A stretch of 59,039 nt of DNA, the filler included, from Jimgerdemannia flammicorona (lineage: Eukaryota): assembly GCA_003990765.1 (NCBI GenBank). It is 3 parts of 3 records of this genome, joined end to end, with 100 filler letters (N's around TTAATTAATTAA, not from the genome) between each part and the next. Parts side by side here need not be neighbours in the genome. Positions count along the whole stretch, not along the records: positions 39,429 to 59,039 come from RBNJ01001899.1; 2 more parts are not named here. One strand, 5' to 3'. Under the pieces are notes generated by a model. The model had not been told where the DNA came from and searched no databases. It worked only from the letters and a program-made list of their open reading frames with translations. This document shows, piece after piece, positions 52,047 through 59,039 of this stretch (its first letter is position 1; every line of letters starts with the position of its first letter). The translations under genes and the position numbers were made by a program.

Positions 52047-52481
52047 ATGGGCTGCATACACTCAAAAAGTCGACCCTGCTTATCTGGGGACTTTTTGATG
52101 GATCTGTACGGCGTGCCATTAGCGCGGTTCATCCAAATCATCCGCGACAAAAAACGCCCGGATAGCCTCGTAATTGAAATGGAATTCCGAAAATCAAAGC
52201 CGGGGAAGCTGGTGGCGGTCATGGCAGAGGTCCCCGCGAACAGTAGGAAACGAGTAAATGTGTTGAGAAAGCTCAAATTCAAGGAGCGCAAGGCCTATGT
52301 CCGCGCGGATTGGGTATTCTTTTGGGACTTTCTCGAAGAGCGCCTTGGCCAGGTAGAGGAAGAGTTCGAAAAATTCAAGTTGGACCTTGTGGCAATGGTG
52401 AATCGAGGTGGGCTCAGTGTGGATCTCGAAATGGATGACTCCGAAATCCGCTTGTTACGCTTCGAGGTTTATTTTATATAG
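52047..52481 (+). CDS. Small intronless hypothetical protein, paralog 3 (144 aa, MGCIHS motif)
   Basis: Intact ORF of the same family, with internal deletions relative to paralogs 1 and 2. Confidence 0.85.
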   Translation: MGCIHSKSRPCLSGDFLMDLYGVPLARFIQIIRDKKRPDSLVIEMEFRKSKPGKLVAVMAEVPANSRKRVNVLRKLKFKERKAYVRADWVFFWDFLEERLGQVEEEFEKFKLDLVAMVNRGGLSVDLEMDDSEIRLLRFEVYFI

Positions 52482-52876
52482 ACATTTTGTGGACCTCGGC
52501 GAAATGAGGTGCCTGTACAAACATACTATACCGATCGATTTTTGTTTTAGTATTACCAGAGGAGGATAAGTGTGTAGTCATTGACTGGGATCCGTGCGTA
52601 GGAACCGGGGATGGCCATATGTATGTTAGAAATAGATCACATTTGTTTTCTTGTTTATTTGTACTTTTCAGATTACCATATGTTTTCGTACGGGCTGGGA
52701 CCAAGATTACATCACGGGACATTACTTATACAACCGTTCCTTTCAATAGCCATAAAAGAGTATGTCAGTTTAGTCTGATGGGATATTCAAGGGATATCTG
52801 GCTGTGTTTTATTCTTTTGGGAACGGGGGGATGTTAACTTCAGGCTGGTTAATTAGTTCGTGCATTGAGACTGTGT

Positions 52877-53012
52877 CGTCACCATTGAGGCTGCGTCACC
52901 ATTTAGACTGAACGTCACCATCGAGGCCAAAAGTCACCCTCGAGGCTGAGACGTGATCACCCTCGAGGCTGAGACGTGATCACCCTCGAGGCTGAGACGT
53001 GAGGCTGAGGCT
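52877..53012. repeat. Minisatellite, ~22-bp unit tcaccctcgaggctgagacgtga
   Basis: Three near-perfect copies at 52934-53002 plus degenerate gtcaccatt units upstream. Confidence 0.85.
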
Positions 53013-53280
53013 GGGACAGAAGTCTCGATCTGTCCCTTCTCACCATTTGGAAAATTGTCCAGTCCATTATCCCATCAGAGTTCACATTTGCTCGTTCTCT
53101 AGGCAGTCCATCATCCAGTCCACCGTCAATCGTCCAGTCCACTTTTGCCCCGCAATCCATTGTACAGTCTACGTTCACTCAAGTGTCCATTGCCGCTGAT
53201 ATTGTATAAAGCCGACCGCATGTCAGACAGAGTAGATGTTTGTGTACGGTCCTGCAACAGCTGTGTGGTTTGGACTGGAA

Positions 53281-53355
53281 CGAGCTAATGTGGACCGGTC
53301 GAGCTAATGTGGACCGGTCGAGCTAATGTGGACCGGTCGAATTAAATGTTGACCG
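53281..53355. repeat. Minisatellite, 19-bp unit cgagctaatgtggaccggt x3 plus a degenerate copy
   Basis: Directly visible. Confidence 0.9.
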
Positions 53356-54781
53356 AACTGACGACGAATGTTGTAGGACGAGCGAACGTTGTAAGGTTTT
53401 AAAGACGAGCGAAGTCTCGCCCAATATTAAAGGTTTGCGATTGCGTGACGTCACATGCTAGTTTGGCCCCAGACCAGATCCCATGAAATTATTTGACGTT
53501 GTTCCAGATCCCGTGTGAAATGCCTCGAACGAAGACAAAATTACATACGCAAAATTATTTTGTGCATAGGCACAAAATATTATCTACACGCTGCTGCACT
53601 TGGGGATCCTACAAAATATTCTGTTAGCGTGGTTCCCTCACTGAATGCCGAAGAGTCCTAATAACCAGCTGGCCTGTCACTCGACGGTTACACTTTTTTT
53701 TTTTTTGGTAAAGTATGTCATACACTAAAATACCCACGACAGCGGAGCGAAATAGACCAAATTCATTTACATCTCCGGGGTAGTTGAAGTATATACCTTG
53801 GGCGTGAGGTCACGTTTCGCATAATGTTCTTGGGGAATTTTGACGAGTTAATTTTGTGACGAGTTATCCGGGCCGCGGAGCCGTATGCGGACCATGTGCG
53901 CGGTCCATCGGACATAAACAACAGTGAGGAGTGGGAATATCTGAGGGGGTACCACAAGAACAGCCTCTTACTCATGCCCTGTGTCCGCGCAACATTGAAT
54001 TTTCAGCCGCCGACAGCCACGTGGCCTCCATATGGCGTTTTTTTGTTTGTTGCTCTTTATCTCCTGAGCGATGAGCGACCTATCGTCACATCTAGATCCT
54101 AGAGCACATGTTTTGGCGGCACCCGACTGGTGCAACCTACAGTCAGCATATAGCTGATAATTATAATTACACATGCCTTGTTTGAAGCGCCGATTCATTA
54201 TCCGGCGGAACCATCCGACGAAAAGTGTGGATAAGGACTGACTGGATTTACGTGAGGGAACATATGGAGCACGTTTGTTTGGTTGTATTTTTCATATTGC
54301 CATTATCGTTCATAATGCGTCAAACCCTTGCCGACGTCTATTTACATTGTATAGCCAAATATATTCTAATAAATATACATCATTTAACAAAGTAGCTTGA
54401 AAGACAGTTCTATGCGTTCCACAAAAAAATCGTCTATCCACGAGGGATACATTTTGAGGTCCACACCGAGGCGGCCCCTGTTTGCCTCTCTCGAGGACTA
54501 ATTTTTTTAATAAAAATAAGTAACATGCCGACGAGCCAAAAGAGAATATGAGGTTCTAGATCCTAAGTCGGTAGGAAGTCGTCATCAATATTGTGACACC
54601 ACTCTGGTGATACCATGACATCTTGGCAGCCAAATTGAGGATCAACAAAATTTGCTCGCCGCCATCGATCGCTAAGTGGTTACTGAACTTATCTCCGATC
54701 AAGCCAGAACCCATTCGGTTTGGTCCTAACCTGTGATTGCGCATATAATTATCACGTCATCAACATCATCACCCTGCCGAA

Positions 54782-55207
54782 TTAGGGAAGTTCAGGTGCA
54801 GGTAGAGATCCGCCACCCGACCCGACCCGTGTATATACACAATAGAGCTAAAAATAGCGACCCGACTTTGAACCCGACCCCGACCAGTGAAACCCGTCGA
54901 TTTCGAAATTTAAATAAAACTTTGAAATTCTGTTACTTGACGAAAACATGTCCAATTTTTGATGTACTTTAGCTTGTTGGATTCGACTCATTTAGAAAAA
55001 TTCAGCACAACAAAGATCATAAAATTTGGATATGTTTTCGTTGAGTAACAGAATTTCAAAATTTAATTTAAATTTCGAAATAGTATCCAAATTTGGAAAT
55101 TCTGTTATTTGATGAAAACATGTCCAATTTTGACGCACTTTAGCTTGTTGGATTCGCCTCGTTTAGAAAAATCCAGTGCAAAGATCACAAAATTTGGACA
55201 TGTTTTC
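54782..55207. mobile_element. MITE-like fragment with palindromic ~180-bp unit present in 1.6 tandem copies
   Basis: acccgacccg subterminal motifs. 54900-55081 is self-complementary (tttcgaaatttaaat...atttaaatttcgaaa) and is partly repeated at 55090-55207. Confidence 0.65.
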
Positions 55208-56379
55208 ATAAACCGACGCTATAGGAATTCCAACATCTACAGGTAGACGAGTGTCTTTCATATATCACCAGTTGCTCTTTTGATTCATTTTCTCTTCTTT
55301 GTATTTCTATCACAATATGAATACTTCGTGTATGCATTCTGCGGCATAAAATGCACATCACAGAATCAAAATGGCGCTGGAGCAGCCCTTTGCACAATCC
55401 ACTGTGCTCATCAATCGTGCTATTACATTTTCGGTGGGATGTACATTTGAACACCATAGCGAATTTATATGTTTAGATGTTTCCCAGCCATGGAACTACA
55501 CAACCTCGGTAAGGTCCAACTACACAAGTAACACCCCTGATAATATAATTGCCATGGATAATACTATATTACCCTCCCTTGATAAAATTTCGTTTTACAT
55601 CTGGGGTGGCAACAATTAAGGCCGGAAACCAAGTGGATTTGCGTGTACAACATCGTCAACAGGGTTTGGTCTGGTCTAACCACCAATCTCAATATACCAC
55701 AACAAAGACAGACATCATCACCACGTGGACTCAGGGAGCTACTTATATATGTGGTGAGAAGAGCAGTGAATACACAAATCGGTCGTGGGATAGTTGAGCA
55801 TTCCCTGCGCTTTTCATCACCTACTTTGCAGTATAGCAATATATTAACCGATTTCTGACTTTGCCATACTGGCAGGCGACATTTTTCCACATGGACTCTC
55901 TCAATGTCGCCGAATTTATACCTAAGTCTAGGGGCACACAGTAAATCGTAAAAATGCAGAACGACACGTCATCCCAATTCCTTCCGCTTTTTATTCCCAA
56001 ATTAGCACATATCACCACTCACCAGGAACGATCCCACAGACACGGACTCAACGACCTTGAAAATAGACTCAAGGTTATTAATCAAACTGCCAAGATTATC
56101 AATGGGCCTACAATTGCAATTGAAATCAGTGTTATGACGTTTGCGGTTCCACGGAACTTAGTCGACAATGGGATCAAAGGCACGATGCCATAGAAGGAAT
56201 ATATATTTGCTTCAAATAATGATTTCCTTTTGCCCAGTGCTTTAAACATTGACATATACAACGATGTCCAGCAATCATTGACCTGTGATTTCGCCTTAGG
56301 TCACAACGGAAATTATAATTAGATGACACTCAACTATTTTTCTCCTTTTATGTTTTCGCTGTCTATATAATCCCAACCA

Positions 56380-58397
56380 CTCCAAAAATGTTACTCACAA
56401 CTAGACCCTCGCCAAACCTCCACGAACAGTCCCCAACTCGTCCAAAACTCCGTTCAATTCCCTCGAGCGCGCCATCCTCCCCGAAATCCAACTGCATACT
56501 GTTCATCATGGCCGGGTCCTCGTTGGTCGCACTATCAACCAATCTATGCAATCCCTTGCTATACATGTAGAAATCGAGGACCCGATCATTGGTGAAGGAC
56601 CATCTGCCGCACAGGAGACAAAAGTCACGACGGCTCACCTGTTTCTCTACAACTTCAATATAAGCGGCATGCTCTGTGATGTGTTGGACCTCATCATCAA
56701 GGGGCCTTACAACGAAACTTGTATGGAGGATGGCCTCCCAATGCTCCGGTGCGATTCCCCAGACGATATGATCCTGGTGCTGAATGAGCAGGTCGACGGA
56801 CCGTTGTTAGCTGGATTGTGGTGGTCCAATGTAGTGTCAATCACGTATGGTCTCCCCGTCAAGCACCAATCAAGGCCTCGAAGCGGAAAGATCGACGACA
56901 TGCTACGGAGTGGAAACGAACAATTCAATCGCAAAGAATACGCATCTGCCATCGACAGCTACACTCAAGCCTTGGAACTGGAGTCGGACGCTGTACTGCT
57001 ATCCAACAGAGCTCAGGCACATCTGCAACGCCAGCAGTTCGGGAAGGCGCTGGAAGATGCCGAGACGGCTTTCAAAACTTGATGGGGCGAATCCAAAGGC
57101 GCGGTTTTGTCAAGTCAAGGCGCTCTATGCCATGAGATCCTATGAGGAGGCATGGAATAGCTTAAATAAGTTGAGCACAGCGACCACATAGACACAAGAA
57201 CTGACTCAACGCACGCAGCAGCGGCTCGAGGAACAAAAGCATGGTCGGTATAACGTCATAAGCATTTTGCAAGAGGCTTCGTCGACGTGGCCACCTTACT
57301 TGGACCACTCCGATTACGTTGGGCCCGTGCGCATAACTGAAATCCCGGGAAAGGGCCGTGGAATGGTGGCCACAAAAGAAATTGCCAATGGAATCCTGCT
57401 TTTGTGCTCCAAAGCCTTTGCGGTAAATTTCGAGGGGAATTTCGTTCCAGACATCGTCGTCAAAATTACCAAAAAAATTGAAGAAAGAGCCGTGGACGGC
57501 AACTAAACTCAATAACCTCTATTCCGGCCCCAAAACACCGCCCATGTCCACGAATCGAACAAACGCAACGGAGGCCTCGGAAATCGACATCGCCCGTATT
57601 ACCAACGTCGTTGCTGTAAACGCCTTCGCGGTCCACGACGATCTCTGGCCGCCGCTATGTTCCCAACAAACAACTCATGCAAACCGCCGCAGGTGCTCGG
57701 CACGGGCACCGGGCTCTGGATCCTCCCATCCTTCATCCACCATTCGTGCCTCCCCAATGCAACCTTCTTCAACATCGGCGACTTTATGTTCATTCGCACG
57801 GTTCGTGACCTTAGCGCGGGCGAGGAGGTCTGCGTGACGTATATCGAAATGTTAGATACGTACGAAGGTCGCATGAAGGAGCTCGAAAAGCGCAATTTTG
57901 AATGCCGGTGCCCGCTCTGCGGCTTTGAGCGGGCGCAGCGACGCGTCGCCGCGCGGAGCTGTTTGACGAATTCACGAGGATGAAGCCGGAAATTACAAGA
58001 GGCAGTGTGGGCATCATGCGACGCCTGAAGGTTATCATGAATGAGATTCGCAAGACGTACTCGGGCACTGGTGCAACGACATCCACCCGCTCGCGCCTGG
58101 CCAAAAAGAAGGTTACCGCCGGCGGTGTGGCCACAACCACGGCACCGCCTGCGTTTCAGGCACACCGGCGTCCTATCGCCCTCATCGCACGCTCATTGCA
58201 TTTCCGAACTAAACGTTTGCCTTCGCCAGTTCAACCAGGCGGTCCCGGCGCTACTCGAGGCTTTTGAGGTCCTGCCGCGCTCTGCGGTTAAATTCGCCCG
58301 CGTCGACATTGCCATACTGATCGGAAATAATTACAGCACGCTCAATAGGTTCGATGAAGTGGAGCGGGGGAAGAAGGTGGCCAGAAGTGAGTTTTAG
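56380..58397 (+). pseudogene. TPR + SET-domain (SMYD-like) protein pseudogene
   Basis: N-domain HHGRVLVGRTI..LFLYNF..LIIKGPY. TPR GNEQF..EY..AI..YTQALEL...LLSNRAQAHL. SET GKGRGMVATKEI, LPSFIHHSCLPN, GEEVCVTY, FECRCPLC. Frameshifts at ~56460, ~57078, ~57480 and ~57660; stop at 57189. Confidence 0.88.
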
Positions 58398-59039
58398 ATG
58401 ATTTTTTGCGAGCTTTCGGAGCTTGGCAGGAGTATATGGTTAATTGCAACGCTTGTTGATTTAAGTTTGGTCTCTGACGAAAGTGTTACTCGAGATCGCC
58501 GATACAAAATACATAAAATAACAACGAAATAAACATTAGTGGGTTTCTATCAAGAAAGTAAATCGTATATATATACATGTGTCCCCATCTTCACAAAACA
58601 TAATTTCTCGATGCGCTCGAACCATATTCCGCGAGGGTGCTATGCAGCCTCTTACTGGAAAACAAGTGGCGCTATTCAGATTGCAGATAACAATCAATGA
58701 GACCGACGAGGCACGAAAGCTACGAACACACTTCGCGAAAGATGAGTAGTTGAATTTTTCTAGGGATGCTTACCAACTACCTTTGGATTTACAACATGCT
58801 GCAGCAAAGGAACGTCTCGGGTAACAATGACACGAGTCTGGTTTATTTCCCAATTGACGAAAATGGTATGCTCCATAATACGTCTAGGGGAATGACGCGA
58901 TGCCATATAAGCTGGCTTTCGTAATGTACAGTGGATGGGAATATGAAAGCGAGGGCGAAATTATGGAAGAGGTCCGAACAAACACCCGTCCATGAATCTA
59001 ATGGATCGTGCAATTTTTTTTTTTTTTTTTTTTTTTTTT

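Noticed and set aside
52877..53355. Short direct repeats as a CRISPR array
   Set aside because: Units are head-to-tail without unique spacers, there are no cas genes, and the context is eukaryotic.
55371..56193. Short ORFs upstream of the TPR-SET pseudogene
   Set aside because: Possibly decayed coding sequence, but no motif or consistent frame could be supported.

Overview
Eukaryotic, intron-rich fungal-type DNA. The gene families and composition suggest an early-diverging fungus such as Mucoromycota/Endogonales (inference only). CpG-rich gene islands alternate with CpG-depleted, heavily mutated nested transposon blocks, and two artificial N-linkers (19618-19717, 39329-39428) break contiguity. 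Intact-looking genes: the 3' end of an MFS transporter, a multi-exon predicted membrane protein, an F-box protein, a cytochrome P450 and three intronless paralogous small proteins with MGxxxS myristoylation motifs. Pseudogenes: an MFS drug transporter, a TPR-SET protein and a kinase-LRR gene. Mobile elements: a deleted chromovirus, a Ty3/gypsy element with a dUTPase and an ORF inside its long LTR, three L1/Tx1-like LINE copies, four copies of a 1.2-kb poly(A) non-autonomous retroposon and hAT-like MITEs. The most interesting region is 42.9-52.5 kb. There a kinase-LRR gene, whose 28-aa LRRs each sit on their own 84-nt phase-1 exon in a tandem exon+intron array, is flanked by the family of small myristoylated proteins. 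This is a candidate undescribed immune/recognition module.
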